From: Octopus sinensis
Taxonomy: Eukaryota
Assembly: GCF_006345805.1 (NCBI RefSeq)
Contig: NC_043006.1
Span: 83,948,001 to 84,012,000 of the forward strand
DNA length: 64,000 bases
Reading direction: 5' to 3'
A program made the translations under genes and the position numbers. A model generated the notes under the pieces. That model saw only the letters and a program-made list of their open reading frames with translations, searched no databases and had not been told where the DNA came from. Positions 1 through 13,420 of the stretch are shown here, piece by piece (within the stretch, counting starts at the first letter, position 1; each line of letters opens with the position of its first letter).

Positions 1-490
1 TTCTTTTGATTTTCTTGTCTGGGTGTTTGTGTTTGTGTGTATGTGTGTGTATGTGTGTGTGCGTGTGTTCATTCCTTTCTAATTTTAACCTCCTCCTTCA
101 TTATCCTCCTTCTTCATCATCATCATCATTCTGCTAGCTCTTCCAAACTATTTCATTCTTTACACTTCTCTCATATGCTCCTATCACTACCATTACAACC
201 ACTGCAACAACAATCAGCACCACCACCACCACCATTACTACTGCTATTACTACTACCTTATCGTCCACCCACTTTCCAATTAAATAATTACATTATTTTT
301 GAAAGTGATTCAACTTTAATGTCTTTAATTAATCAATACATTACAAACTTTCTAAAATATTTATAAAAATTAAACTCGTTTAGTGATGTACTGATAATTG
401 TATCATCATTATCATCATCATTATTGTTAAGAAAGCAAACTGACTGATTAGTTTGAACATCGGACAAAAAAAGCTTTGCAAGTCTCTGTT

Positions 491-720
491 CTTATTTCTT
501 TATTGCCCACAAGGGGCTAAATACAGACGGGGCAAACAAGGACAGACAAACGGATTAAGTCGATTATATCAACCCCAGTGCGTAACTGGTACTTATTTAA
601 TTGACCCCGAAAGGATGAAAGGCAAAGTTGACCTCAGCGGAATTTGAACTCAGAATGTAGCGGCAGACGAAATACCACTAAGCATTTTGCCCGGCATGCT
701 AACGTTTCTGCCAGCTCACC
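491..720 (-). mobile_element. tRNA-derived SINE family 1 (head GGCGGCGAGCTGGCAGAA), Tx1-like-tail subfamily
   Basis: Reverse complement of the copies at 56796-57022 and 58577-58808 (head, GTTCAAATTCC B-box, ...GGTAATAAAGAAA tail). Confidence 0.85.
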
Positions 721-1465
721 ACTAACGTTTCTGTCAGCTCGCCACTTTTGCAAGTCTCTGTTCTGGCTCTTTACATTCTCAGATGAAATTTTTCTAAGGT
801 TGACTGTGCCTTTTACTCTTTCACGGTCAATAAAATAAAGTCAGGTATTGGGGTCAATGTAATTGACTAAGCACCCCACCACTACTGCTGCCACCAAAAC
901 TGCTGGCCTGGATTGTGTCAAAATTTGAAACCATTTCTGACTCTTTAATGTTCTGAGCTCAAATCTTATCAAAGTTGACTTTTACCTTCCATCCTTTTGT
1001 GCAGGGGTCAATATAACAAGTCCCAGTCAAGCACTGGGGCTGACATAACTGACTTGGCCACTTCCCTCAAAAATTTCAGGCTTTATGCATAAAGTAGAAA
1101 GAATTATTATTAATGTTAAAAGCTGGCAAAACCATTGGAACTCAGGGGAAAAAAATGCTTTGCAGTATTTGTTTCACCCCTTTACATTTTGAGTTCAGAT
1201 CTTATCCTTATTTTACTGTTTGCCCATTTTCATGTAACCCCACATAGTATTGTATCATTTTGTACAATCCTCAATCTTTTAGTAAATTCTTCGTGGTTAA
1301 TTAAGGAGCCGTTATTATTGTTGTTAAAGCAGTGAGCTGGCAGAATCATTAGCATGCTGGGCAAAATTCTTAGTGGCATTTTGTCTGGCTTTACATTTTT
1401 AGTTCAAATTCCGCCAAGGTCAACTTTACCTTTTATCCTTTTGGGTCAAAAAATTAAGCACCAGT

Positions 1466-2115
1466 TATAATAATAATAATGAATTTAGTGTATACAGTGC
1501 TCAGGTGCACCGCAACTTGTCAAAAGTGCGTATAAAGCATATGTAGTAATGTACAAATGTCTGGGAAGTGAACAGTGTATGAGTCAGATACATGCTTGCG
1601 TGTGTATGGAGGGGAGAAAATCAGGTGTAGTGTTGGCGAATCTCAGGAAGCATGGAAGTTTTGAAGGATGCAGTGCTCTGACAACTAACAACTGATGCCA
1701 ACAGTTTGTTCCATGCTTCAGCAACTCTTAGCGTGAAAAAATGTTTCCGAAAGTCATGGGAGCTGTGCTGTTTTCTGATTTTGTAAACATGTCCACAGGT
1801 GTTAGACAGGTGGAGTTTGAAAAGGTGCTCAGAGTTATTGTTTGTAAGCCGGTTAATAATTTTATGGATGTCTGCCAAGTCAGCTGCCAGACGTTGGAGT
1901 TTCAATGTATCCATGCCCAGGGAAGTAAGGCATTCAGAATATGGCAAATGCCTGATGGAGGGTATTCTCTTGGTCGCTGAACGGTTTCTAGATGATTAAT
2001 ATCCTGGGCAAGATAGGGGTTCCAGACCAGTGATGCAAATTCCAGGTGAGGCCGCACCATAGCTATATAAAGCCTCAGATAGACTTTTTGAGATTAGTGT
2101 TGTGGAGGGAGTAAG
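1466..2115 (-). mobile_element. CR1/L2-clade LINE 3' fragment
   Basis: ORF 1621-1947 (YSECLTSLGMDTLKLQRLAADL...RKHFFTLRVAEAWNKL) is a typical CR1 RT C-terminus. It is followed by a 3' UTR and an (ATT)n tail. Confidence 0.85.
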
Positions 2116-2243
2116 CAGACACTGGTTTTTTTCTGGGTTTTATGCACTCAGGTCAATGTAATCTACTTGTCCCCTCCCCCAAAATTTCAGGCCTTGTGCC
2201 TTTAGTAGAAAGGATTATTATTGTTGTTGTTATTTCTTTCCAG

Positions 2244-2414
2244 GTTGCTGCCAGAGAACAATGTGAATTGATGCAGTGGTGTGTGCTGGACTGGAATCAA
2301 TTGGCTATTGATTTTTACAAACGATTTGGCGCCACTGATATCACTAAAGATGTTGGAGAACTTTTTAGACTTAGTCACAACCAACTGAAGGAAATTGCTT
2401 CCAAAATTCCTTAA
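2244..2414 (+). CDS. Last coding exon of a diamine/thialysine N-acetyltransferase (SAT1/SAT2-like, GNAT family); upstream exons lie outside the window
   Basis: Acceptor tatttctttccag at 2231-2243. Translation VAAREQCELMQWCVLDWNQLAIDFYKRFGATDITKDVGELFRLSHNQLKEIASKIP* carries the SSAT motif VLDWNxxAIxFYxxxGA. An A-rich 3' UTR with AATAAA follows. Confidence 0.88.
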   Translation, partial: VAAREQCELMQWCVLDWNQLAIDFYKRFGATDITKDVGELFRLSHNQLKEIASKIP

Positions 2415-2854
2415 CTACTACCATTCTAGAAAAAAAATAAAATAAATAAAATTACAATAGAAAGCAAAAAAATAATGAAAAAAAAACAAACAGAAAACAT
2501 TTAAAAAATAAATATAAGACCAAGAAGATAAAAGAAACATTTTAGTATATTAAGAGGAAATGGAACAAACCTAACAAAGAAAGAAAGAAAAAAGAAGATA
2601 CAGTAAAAACAAAAAATAGCTATCCCTGATTTTTTTTTTATTTAAAAAAAATTTATTCCATTAATCACTTAAATATTCTTTTTGTTTTATTTAGTGTTTT
2701 TCTTTAATTTTTTTTATTCATTTTGTTTAATTCTTTGTTATAAGAATTTTTTTCTGTTAGAATAAAAAATACATCAAAGTATAAAATTAATGAAAGAAAC
2801 AGCGACTAAAATTAAGACATTAGCAGTATTTAAACGATAATAATGATGATGATA

Positions 2855-3005
2855 ATTAAACTAAAGGATATTGGAATTAAGACTTTCATTGTCGACCTGC
2901 AGAAAAGTGCAACCTGGATTCTGCAAGAATCTTTAGAAAGATTCTCAAGATTTGAGGAGATTATTGCCACCAAACCTCAAGATAAAATAGCTGATAACTA
3001 ATATA
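2855..3005 (+). mobile_element. Short R4/Dong-like LINE 3' end remnant
   Basis: Reads LKDIGIKTFIVDLQKSA..DSARIFRKILKI* with one frameshift, the typical R4/Dong C-terminus. It sits between (TAA/TGA)n-like repeats. Confidence 0.55.
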
Positions 3006-3391
3006 AGATATGGTAGTTTTAATGATAATAATGGTAATAATAATATTAGTGTGATAATGGGAGATGAGGAAACACACATAAAAATAAGATTAAGATTGGG
3101 ATTTTGGGTGGAGTTTATGATATATAGAAGTGATTGAGTATTAAGATGGTCTGTGTATAGCATACAGATGATGCATGGTGTTTAGAAGGTAACTAAGATG
3201 GTATGTAGTGAATAAATAGATGGTGTGTGTGTGTACATATATACATAAAATAATAGGTTACATGCTATATACTGAGAGAATATAGAGAGGGTATATAGGT
3301 AATATATATCATTATAGTGATAGTGAGTAATTTAGATGGTATATATGCTGATGATCATTAATGATTCTCTGTCCCTCTTTCTTTCTCCCTA

Positions 3392-3597
3392 TATGTATAT
3401 ATATAGGGAGAGTTTACCAAAAAAACAAAAGACGAAGACAGGTGGTGTACAAAACAAACAGATGTATTAGTATAATGCTCAGGAATAGAAAAAGTCTTTT
3501 ACGTTTTGAGCCTATGCTCTTCTACAGAAAGGGACACAGAAAAAAAACAAAGAGAGAAAAAAATGTGTGTAGTGGCTAACGATCTATCAAGGCGACA
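3392..3597 (-). mobile_element. Terminus of a (TA)n-associated repeat family, probably Penelope-like; second copy at 61300-61563 (+)
   Basis: Shares ...GCCACTA...CTAATACATCTGTTTGTT...CTTCGTCTTTTGTT...CTATATAT with the 61.3-61.6 kb copy. Both copies end in (TA)n. Confidence 0.6.
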
Positions 3598-3985
3598 GGT
3601 AAAGGCATTTGGTATGAAGCTTGCCTCCAACTACATGGTTCTGGGTTCAGTCTCACTGTGTGGCACCTCAGGCAAGTGTTTTCTATTCTAGCCTCAGGCC
3701 AACCAAAGCCTTGTAAGTGGATTTGGTAGACAGATACTGAAATAAGCCTATCACATATGTATGTGTGTGTGTGTGTGTGTGTGTTGCTCCATCATCACTT
3801 GACAACGGATGTTGGTGTGTTTACATCCCCATGACTTAGCACTTCAACAAAGAGACCAATAGAATAAGTACTAGGCTTAAAAAAAAATCCTGGGGTCAGA
3901 TTGTTCAACAACAACACTTCAAGGTGGTGCTCCAGCATGGCTGCAGTCAAATGACTGAAGCAAGTAAAAGAATAAAAGGATATAA
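3598..3985 (+). mobile_element. tRNA-derived SINE family 2 with internal (TG)n, CpG-decayed
   Basis: Matches 28816-29230 (GGGTTCAGTC B-box, GTGGATTTGGTAGAC, GATAGAATAAGTAC, GCTCCAGCATGG tail). Confidence 0.85.
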
Positions 3986-6900
3986 GGAAAGTAATGTAGA
4001 AGGAATACAAGGAAAATGTGTAGGTGGTATAGTGAAGTCATTCCTGCAATGGACCAGCATCCCATCCGGGAGGGGAATATATACTCCAGAATAACCAGGA
4101 AACGCTCTGCTCTTCACAGAGTAATGCAGACCGATCAATATGAATGGCATATGTACCGTGTATATATATATACACAAAACATATATAGAAAGACTTTATA
4201 GGTAGAAAAAGTGAAGTAGAAAGAATAAGACATATAGTACAGATAAAGTAAAAGAAAATTGAAAGACAGTAAAAAAGAGAGAATAACTGTGTCTGTCTGA
4301 CGAGCTAATGGAGAGAGAAATTAGGAGAGTATATGTATGTATATGTTTGAAACAGATTTGTGTATGTGTATGAAACTGAAGAGACAAGGGGAGAGAGAGT
4401 GTGTGTGTGTGTGTTTGTGAGAAAGAATGACTTGTCTGTTCAGAAAAGAGAAGAGGAGAGGGTAAACAAAGAAGGTTCTAGAGAAATTGAGTTTATTAAA
4501 GAAGATAGGTAAGTCATGCTGATACAAAGAGAGATTGGATCAAAAGTAGCAAATTCTTCATACAATGTTCTTTATCTCTACGACAACCACTGTTTTGTTC
4601 AAAAATCAAAATTCTTGCTCTCTCTCTCTCTCCCTCCTTCAAAACTTTCCAATCAATATTGGTGAATTTAGAGAGAGAAGTGGATGAGAGTACAAGAGTG
4701 GGGGTGGGCATGAGTTTGAGAAGATTTAAGAACAGGTGAATGAAAAGAGGGGACAGTGGAGGTTGGAGGCGAGAAAGAAAATGGGGGAGTAGATGGGAGG
4801 GACAGTGACAGATAATAGAGAGAGAGAGAGAGGGTGGATATGTGTATGTTTAAGTGATGAGAGAGAATGGGGGAGGTTTATGGTAATGAAATGGATATGA
4901 AGAGAGGGAGATGTTTGGAGAATGGATGATGGAAAAGAGGAGTGGAATGAGGAAAAGAGGTGGATGTCAAGAGAGACTTTGTGTGGGTGAGAGACTTCGT
5001 GTTTGTCAGGTGAGAGGGAAAGTGAGAGGATACAATAGAAAGAGGGTAGAGTAAATGCTTGTGTCTCAGGTGAGAAAGAGAAAGGAAGAGATGGTATAGG
5101 AAGTGGGCAGAGTGAGTGTGTGTGTGTGTGTGTGTTTGTCAGGGGAGGGAGAGAGAGATTAGTATTGGGAGTGGAGCAGATATCATGAGAGAAGTAATAT
5201 GTCTGGTGAAAGGGGGAGAGAGAGAAAGAGAGATATGTAAAGGAAATCAGAGTGAAAGAAATGTGTAAAGAAAAACGGAGAGAGAGTGATGTGCATAGAA
5301 AATCAAAAAAAGGTAAATCTGGGTTATATTTATTCAATGGTAAAAGCTACTTACTCACCTGATTGATCAGTACAACAGACAGCAGACAATGGGTGGCTGA
5401 GTAACTGGAGGACTAGCAGACGTAAAAGGTTTGATATTTTAGAAGAACATTCTACAAGAGAACAACAATGTAGGAGAAGAATAGTTAGATGATGTGATTA
5501 TGTGATAAAGGAACCAGAATTATGGAGCAGGGTGGGTGAGGAATGCAGTTTAAGTGTCTGAAATATTATCATAAATTTAATATTAACATTGACAAATTGT
5601 CACACAGAGAGTGAGCCTTTAGATTCACCTGTACCACATTCCTGAGAATAACAATATCGGTTTATTCCTTCCAGATTTTTCTGTTACTTTGCAGTTAGTT
5701 GTTAGGCCATATGAATAAAAGTGGAGTTTTGGTGTTTATCATTTTACGTTTTTTTTGTTTTCGTTTCTTGTTTTATTTTCTTTTACTGCCAAAATATGTA
5801 GAAGACATTGTAAATCAGAAATTTATGGCCCAAAAAAGTCCTTTTTTTTTCCAGGTTTTTTTTGGCTTCTTTTTCTTCCTGTTTTTTTTTCATCTTCTAT
5901 TTCTTTTCTTTAACTGTTTCTATCAGACAATTTATTATTTTTTTTTTCATTTTTGAGAAAATAAAACACACTTTTTTTTTTAATGCACTGCAATGAAGGG
6001 TACCCAATCTTGGATTAGGTACCTTGAAGCTATTATCACCTTGATTAAACGGGATGTCTTAACTAACAAAACAAACACATAAATTATTAATTTATAATCA
6101 ATAAATAGACCCTTTTGTTAAAGTGCCATTTCTATAATTAATTGATCATAATTAGTTACAAAAACTATTCAGTTAGTCTAAATTTACATAATAATTATTA
6201 ACAATTACATCATCTATTCCATAAGGTAATAGTTCTAAATAGATGGAGTAAAATTAATGTTAGTGTTAATTTTAGAGATCAGTGAGCATTGACTTGCAAA
6301 CAGCAAGCCACATATATGACTGGTATCAAATTCCAGTCAAAGATCTTGCTTTTATTTCTTCTTTTTCTTTTTATTTCCACTTCACTATGTCATTAATGCC
6401 TTTGGAAAAAAAAAATGATTAAGTGGATACTCTCTTGAACTACCAATTCTTATCTACTGTAAGTATTTCAATGTCTATTTTGGGCAATGGGGTTCATTCT
6501 ACAAGCCTCAGCTAGTCTAGCTGTCAGGAATAGGTACTGGATTCATCTGCAAATGTTACCTGGGGAGGACTGACATTCTCCTTTCCAATTCAAGAAAAAT
6601 GAAAAAAAAAAAACTGTTGGTAGTCACATTTCTTTCTTGCAATATTTTTTCTCTCTCTCCACCACACACTGCACGTACTGTGAGAGTCTTGCTTACAGAT
6701 CAAACTAACTAACTACACTGATTCACCAATTTCTATAATCAATCAATATTAATCAACTAACGTTTTAATCAATATTAATCGATATTAGTCAAAGGCAAGG
6801 CAGAAAGTTGGCAGAAGTGGTAGAGCACACTCTTGCATACATTACATTAACACTGTTTAGTTCCAACCCTCTCCATTACAAGTTCAAATCACGCTAAGGT

Positions 6901-7043
6901 TCACTTTACCTTTCAAACCATCCTGCATCAATAAGAGAAATACCAGTAATATACTAAGGCTTGATTCACTTGACTATATCCCCTTTATTTTGACATTTAG
7001 GCCTCATGCCTAATCTTTAGAAACCACAGTAAATTAACTGATA

Positions 7044-7254
7044 CAAGGTGCGACAGAAAAACCTCCCCTATATTAAATGGATATTAGTATGGCACTAGTG
7101 ACGTTATGTAAGAGGGTAACAATGTTTTCAAATAATATTGTTTTACTCTTTTCTTTTCAGTTACTATCATCGTTTAGGTCAGTGCAGATCATGTGATTAC
7201 TGTTTAAACGTTTTATCAAGAATGGTGAATCTGAGGTTTCTTTGCTGCACCCTG
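7044..7254. mobile_element. Tc1/mariner-type MITE
   Basis: TA|CAAGGTGCGACAGAAAAACCTC ... GAGGTTTCTTTGCTGCACCCTG|TA imperfect TIRs with a TA TSD. A related left end is at about 37797. Confidence 0.75.
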
Positions 7255-8324
7255 TATCTCATACACTACGTACTCTGTCCTCAGGAGTACTCTAAATCCT
7301 CTACTTCAACACTCAATAGTATTGTATGCCTTTAAATACTCAGTGAACATCAATGAGCTGGCAGAATCGTTCACAATTTGGGCAAAAAGCCTAGCAGTAT
7401 TTCATCCTTCTTTACATTCTGAGTTCAAGTTCTGCTGAGGTCGACTTAGCCTGTCAGCCTTTCGGTGTCAACAAAATAAGTACCAGTTGAACACTGGGGT
7501 CAATGTAATTGGCTTACTCCCTCACACGAAATTGCTGGCTGAGTGCCAAATTTTGAACCTGTTAGTTTATTACTTAATGAAAGGCAGTGAGATGGCAGAA
7601 CCATAAGCAAGTCAGACAAAATGTTAAGTGGCATTTCTTCTAATTTGTTATATCCTGAGTTCAAATTCCTCCAAGGTTGACTTTACCTTTCATCAATTTC
7701 AAGGTCAATAAAATAAGAATCAGTTGATATGGGGGTTGATGTAATCAACTAAACCCCACCCACCAAATTTATGACCTAGTACCAATAGCAGAAAGTCTTT
7801 TAATATTTAGTGAGGTGGCGATCTGGCAGAATCATTAAAGCATGAAAAAATACTTCCTTGTATTTATTATAACTCTTTAAATTCTGTGTTCAAATTCCAC
7901 CCAAAATTAACTTTTCTTTTTGGGGGTGGATAAAATAAAATACCAGCCAAGTACTGGAGTCAATAGGATCAAATGGGTCCTCCCCTCAAAAATGCTGGCC
8001 TTGTGCCTAAATCAGAAACAATTACTTTAATACTCAGTAAGTTTAATGATCATAAAATCCCATCTTTAGTTCTTTTCTGGCTCTGATACAATATTCATGT
8101 TGTTCATTCCAACAGCAACCTTAGAAGATGAATATTTTACTGACTAAAAACTCATTCTCCTCATTTATCTTCCCTGATATTTAGGTAAATATCTGTATTT
8201 TACAATTTCTATTATTTATTTATCTAATACATAAAATAAAATATTTTCCATTGAGCAACCATATCCATATTTCCATTAACGATGCACAGTTGTCAGGAAG
8301 TATGCATGACAAAATCTACCTCCT

Positions 8325-8389
8325 TAAGTTGTAGTGCACCTGAGCACTATATACAATCAGCTCATTATTATTATTATTATTATTATTAT
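8325..8389 (+). mobile_element. Extreme 3' tip of the CR1 family with (ATT)n tail; another copy at about 60790-60870
   Basis: AAGTTGTAGTGCACCTGAGCACTATATAC...(ATT)n matches the reverse complement of about 1470-1525. Confidence 0.7.
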
Positions 8390-10221
8390 CCAGAAGGTGG
8401 TGAGCTGACAGAATTGTTAGTGTACTGGACAAAATGTTTAGTGGCATTTTGTCCATCTTAATGTTCTGAGCCCAAAGATTACAAAAGAATTATTTAAAAA
8501 TGGGGGAGCCAGCTGGCAAAATCATTAGCATACCAAGCAAAATGCTTAATGGCATTTTTTCTGGCTTTACATTCTGAATTCAAATTACTCCAAGGGTTGA
8601 CTTTGCCGTTCATCCCTTTAGGGTCGATAAAATAAGTACCAGTTAAACACTGGGATTACTATAATCAACTTACCCCTCCCTTAAAATTTCTGGCCTTGTG
8701 CCAAAATTTAAAACCATTATTATTAGTAGTAGTAGCATTAAATCTATCATATGTCCATTTGAAGAAAATGATTTTGTTTTTGTTTTGCAACTTTCTATCA
8801 GAACATTTAAAAATCATTAATTAACATTTTAATATTTGATAATTTCCTTCATTGTTTCCTAGTCTTGCATTTAAAAATTCAACAGAAACCATTCACCCTT
8901 TTGGTACCGATTCACTTGAGATCACACCAGGTTCTCTGACAGGAACTTCCTGGTTTAAAAAGACCAAAATTGAAAAATTCGATCAAAATTTCTTGTAAGT
9001 CTATGTTCCAGACATCAGATAAATAATAGCAAAACGATTTTACTAAATTCTTTATCATTTTTCAAAATTAATTGAAACAATGACAGGATATTTCAATCAA
9101 TGTATGGTAACAAAAGTATTTGTTTGTAAGCATTTCAGTAAATTGGCCTAAAATGTTTGATTATATCAGAAATCCCTTATTAATGAATTTATAGAATTCT
9201 GCTAGTAAACAGCTGCTTGTTATACACTATTTAACTGTATTCAAAAACATAAGTACAAACTGAATAAGGATATTAAAGTGAGGGAAAACAGTTTTGGCTT
9301 TCAGTTAATAAATACATTTTGTACTCCTCTTGTTGATACTGTTCACTCATGTGGATTTATAAATAAACCCAGACCCTATTTAGATTTCAGTTCCATTGCA
9401 TTGTATGTAAAGTCAAGTGAGTATCAACCTTAGTCTATTGCAGGTAAATTTTTCTCATGGAGAGAACTAAATTCACCTTTGTAAGCTGGGTTTAGTTCAT
9501 TCTATAACACATTATTATACAATGCTGCTGATGCTGCTACTGCTTCTAGCATTAAACAATACCACCTGTAGAACTCATTGAGTGTTAGATGGACTTGGTC
9601 ATAGAAGCTAAGTGGATACAATGCTAAGACAGGATTAAAAAAAAAAATCACTGACCCCTTCTCCCCTCCACTTTGGTCAGTTCATCCAGTAACATATAAA
9701 CTATAACTTGAACATACAAAAAAAATAATTAATGAAAAGAGCAAAAGACATCTAAAAGACACAAAACACGATTTAAAAGAAAATGTCTCCCCTCTCCACA
9801 AAACGAAACCATTAACAAATACCACGGAAGTTTTTTCTATTAAAAGAATTAAAGTGAAAATTCAAAGTTATTCGGTATTATGATTGTTGATTCTTTGTCT
9901 TTTGTTTGTGCTGGTGCAAAACTAATTTTTAATCATTTCAAAAAAAAAAAAAAATGAAAGAAAGAAAGAAAGAGTGGGGACAGTAAAAATAATTGTTTCA
10001 TTTCAATCCAATATATAATAAATGTCATTGAATTTGAAAATATTTGAGGGTCACAAGGTAGGATGTCCAGTGTAGAGAAATTTGGCTGTCACAACAAGGA
10101 TTTCAAGTGAATTTACATAGTATTCTCCTCATTCTTGAGTAGCTTAGTGTTACTCTTAGGGGTGGACATAGTGAGGATTGAAGAAGAAAAAAAAGCAGGG
10201 TGGCCAAAATGCCATGTTTAA

Positions 10222-10610
10222 TGGCATGGCTGTGCAGTAAGAAGATTTCTTCTCAACCACATGGTTCCGGGTTCAGTCCCACTGCATGGCACCTTATGCA
10301 AGTGTCTTCTACTATAGTCTCGAGCCAACCAAAGCTTTGTGAGTGGATTTGGTAGACAAAAACTGAAAGAAGCCCATCTTGTGTGTGTGTGTGAGTGTCT
10401 TTGTGTCTATGTTTGTCCTCTGCTATCACTTGGTAACCAGTGTTGATGTATTTACGTCCCCCATAACATAGCAGTTAGGCAAAAGAGACTGATAGAGTAG
10501 GTGCCAGCCTTAACAAAAAATAAGTACTGGGGTAGATTAATTTGAATAAAAAGTTCAAGGTAGTGCCCCAGCATGGCCACAGTCTAATGACTGAACTAAG
10601 TAAAAGATAA
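10222..10610 (+). mobile_element. SINE family 2 copy
   Basis: Same head, body and tail as 28816-29230, with many CpG to TpG/CpA changes. Confidence 0.85.
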
Positions 10611-10728
10611 AACATTTTAAACTTTTTCAACAATATAGAGAAGGAAGAGCTTATTTAGATGCAAAACCTGTTTTTCTCCTCATTAATTAAGAGGGGTAAA
10701 CCAAAACCTTTATCTACCCATGTGTGTC

Positions 10729-11032
10729 TGGAGGCACATAGCCTAGTGGTTAGAGCAGCAGACTCGCGATTGAGGGATCGCAGGTTCGAATCTCAGACCG
10801 AGTGATGTGTGTGTTTATGAGCGAAACACCTGAGCTTCATGGGGCTCTGGCAGAAGGTAATAGCGAACTTCTGCTGACTCTTTCGCCACAACTTTCTCTC
10901 ACTCTTTCCTCATGCATCTTGCAGCTCACCTGCGACAGACCGGCGTCCTGTCCAGGTGGGGAATCCTATACACCAAGGAAACTGGGAAACCGGCCCTATG
11001 AACCAAGTGTGGCTCGAGAAGGAACAAACAAC
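10729..11032 (+). mobile_element. tRNA-derived SINE family 3 (GGAGGCRCATGGCCTAGTGGTTAGAGCAGCGGACTCGCG...GGTTCGAATC)
   Basis: Intact A and B boxes. Near-identical copies at 23271-23575 (+), 38797-39095 (+) and 48998-49262 (-); variants at about 29355, 13025, 11350, 16630, 48310 and 52400. Confidence 0.85.
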
Positions 11033-11187
11033 CTATATATGTAGATATAGAGAGATATTTGAGGAGGAGTGCAGGTATTTGCCACTTTGAAAACTACTGC
11101 TTCAGTCAATTGAAATTCTCTCAAAATAAAATTTGATAATGCTTTTTATATTAAAGGATATTCAATTAGTTTTTCTTGGATACAAAG

Positions 11188-11800
11188 GTGCAGGTATTGT
11201 TGTGTGGTTAAGCTTGCTTCCCAACCATGTGGTCTTGGGTTCAGTCCCAATGTGCAGCACCTAGAGCAAATGCATTGTGTGGATTTGGTAGATGGAAACT
11301 AAAAAAGCCTATCATAAATGTGTATATGTGTGTATGTATATGTCTTTGTGGTTAGGGTGTCAGCATCATGATTGTAAGATTGTGGTTTCGATTCCTGGAC
11401 CAGGCGACGCGTTGTGTTCTTGAGCGAAACACTTCATTTCACGTTGCTCCAGTCAACTCAGCTGGCAAAAATGAGTAACGCTGCGATGGACTGGTGTCCC
11501 GTCCAGCTGGGGAACACATACGCCATTGAAACCGGCCCCTTATTTATATATTTATATGTGTTCGATGGTGTACCCTTGTCATGACATAATTTGATGATCG
11601 TAAATGAGCATTGCAGTCATACAAACGATGCTGTCCGTTCCTTATCTTTCATGGTGATATGTTACCTGGCATGAAAGCAGTGAGGGTTGGTGACAGGAAG
11701 GGCATCCAGCTGTAGAAAAACTCTGCCTCAGCAAGTTCCCTGTGACTCATGCATGGAGAAATGAACGTTAAATGACGACGGTGATGACAGTGATTTTAAT
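11188..11800 (+). mobile_element. Family 2 SINE head with an alternative tail, interrupted by a family-3-like SINE (about 11350-11540)
   Basis: Head GGTGCAGG...GGTTCAGTCCC...GGATTTGGTAGATGGAAAC. Tail contains GGTTGGTGACAGGAAGGGCATCCAGCTGTAGAAA and ends in (GAT/GAC)n. Confidence 0.6.
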
Positions 11801-13341
11801 GAAAGAGAACACTGGAAGTTGTATACTCCTTACACCTTTTAGAGAGAGACATGAGGGGCAGAGAGTGAACTGACGTAGACCAGAAATGGAATTGGTGTCA
11901 TGGTCTTGGTTAAGTGTGATTGTTTCATGTTTTCGTTTGTAAATATTAATATTTACCACATTTGGCCTTTCATATAATGACTACGATTGAATAATAAGAT
12001 ATCGATCTGGTAGAAAGATACTCGGGTACTGAAGATGGAAATGTGTGTCGTTTATATATATTTGAATTATGATAAAAGTGTCGTCCAGCAACTGCTTTTG
12101 AAAATCGCCTTACGTTTTAGTGAGTGCGGTTAAGCTTTCTAGACTTCACAAGCCTTAAGGAGTTTGAGAGATATCTGGCTCTTGCGAAAGAAAATTTTAA
12201 TATAATACCGTATTTTGTAGGTGAGGGGTTTCGAAATCTGCACAGGAAGGTTAGGAAATATCTACTCGTTAGATATTTCCTATGAGCTGAAGCATTAATA
12301 CATCACCTTCCACGTGATGCGTTATCGTTAAGTGCACCAAGCCATTGAGAGTTAAGTCCCTTCGATAATGTATACCGTTCTATACCAAAAATGGATTTGT
12401 TATAATTTCCTCTTCGAAAACAATTTTGTGAAAAGAAAAGACAAAAAAAAAAAGAGAATAGGAAAAATCTAATAATGAAAGGAGAAAGGGGAAAATAAGC
12501 AAAGCAATAGATTGTGATAACGCACAAGATATCTTTATTGATATTGTCAATTTTATGAAATGATTAAAGAATCTGAATTACTAAGGGGAAGTAACCCTCG
12601 AATCCTATCAAAGCCTTAATTCTATTTACTGCTACATAGGAGTCATTCGAATTTATTTGGGTTTTTTTTTGTCTTTTTCGAGTTTGTTTATTATTTCTTT
12701 TCTTGCCTTGTTGATTTTCCATTGTCATTTTGATTCCATCAATCACAAGAAAAAGTGAATACTGTGGCACCAAGCTATGTATGTCATTGTCAAATGCCAC
12801 GCAAAAAAAGAAAAAAATCCTGAACTATCTTTAACTTGCCTCGGTCATTGGACAGCGGCCATGATGGAGCACTGCCTTGCAATATTTAGTCGAACAAATC
12901 GACCACAATACTAAAGCTTTTTTAAAAGCCGGGAACTTGTTCTGGCAACCCCTTGTACGAAAAAAAAACAGCACTGGTTGTCAAGCGGTGGTAAGGGACG
13001 AAGGTAAAGACATGCACACACATATGAGGATGCGTGGCCTGGTGGTTAGCGTGTTGTATTCACGATCACAAGATCGTGGCTTCGAATCTCGCCTCGGGCG
13101 GTGTGTTGTTTCTTGAGCAAACCACTTCATCTTGCGTTGCTCTGCGATCACTTTATCTGATATGTGGTATATCATGCACTTGTTCAGGCAATGCCGATTT
13201 AATGAAGGGAGATCCTTAATGTGCAGCGCAAATATTTGATAACTATAAACAAATAATCTAAGCATTTGTTCGGCAACGTATTGCCGAACCGTCTTTCTAG
13301 GACTTCAGAGACAACTATTAATACATATATACATACATTAC

Positions 13342-13419
<78 letters not shown>

Positions 13420-13420
<1 letters not shown>

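Larger units (their letters stand above)
6800..8720 (+). mobile_element. Cluster of about 6-7 head-to-tail, CpG-decayed family 1 SINEs
   Basis: Recurrent GAGCTGGCAGAATC...GAGTTCAAATTCC...AAATAAGTACCAG...GGCCTTGTGCC at about 6805, 7353, 7583, 7812, 8395 and 8505. Confidence 0.8.

Noticed and set aside
4444-4508. Possible plus-strand mini-exon (ttcag...AG|gtaagt)
   Set aside because: Lies in a purine-rich low-complexity region with no partner exons or homology; likely chance.
4726-5337. 203-aa ORF
   Set aside because: Low-complexity (CT/CA)-rich antisense of a GA-rich tract, with no motif.
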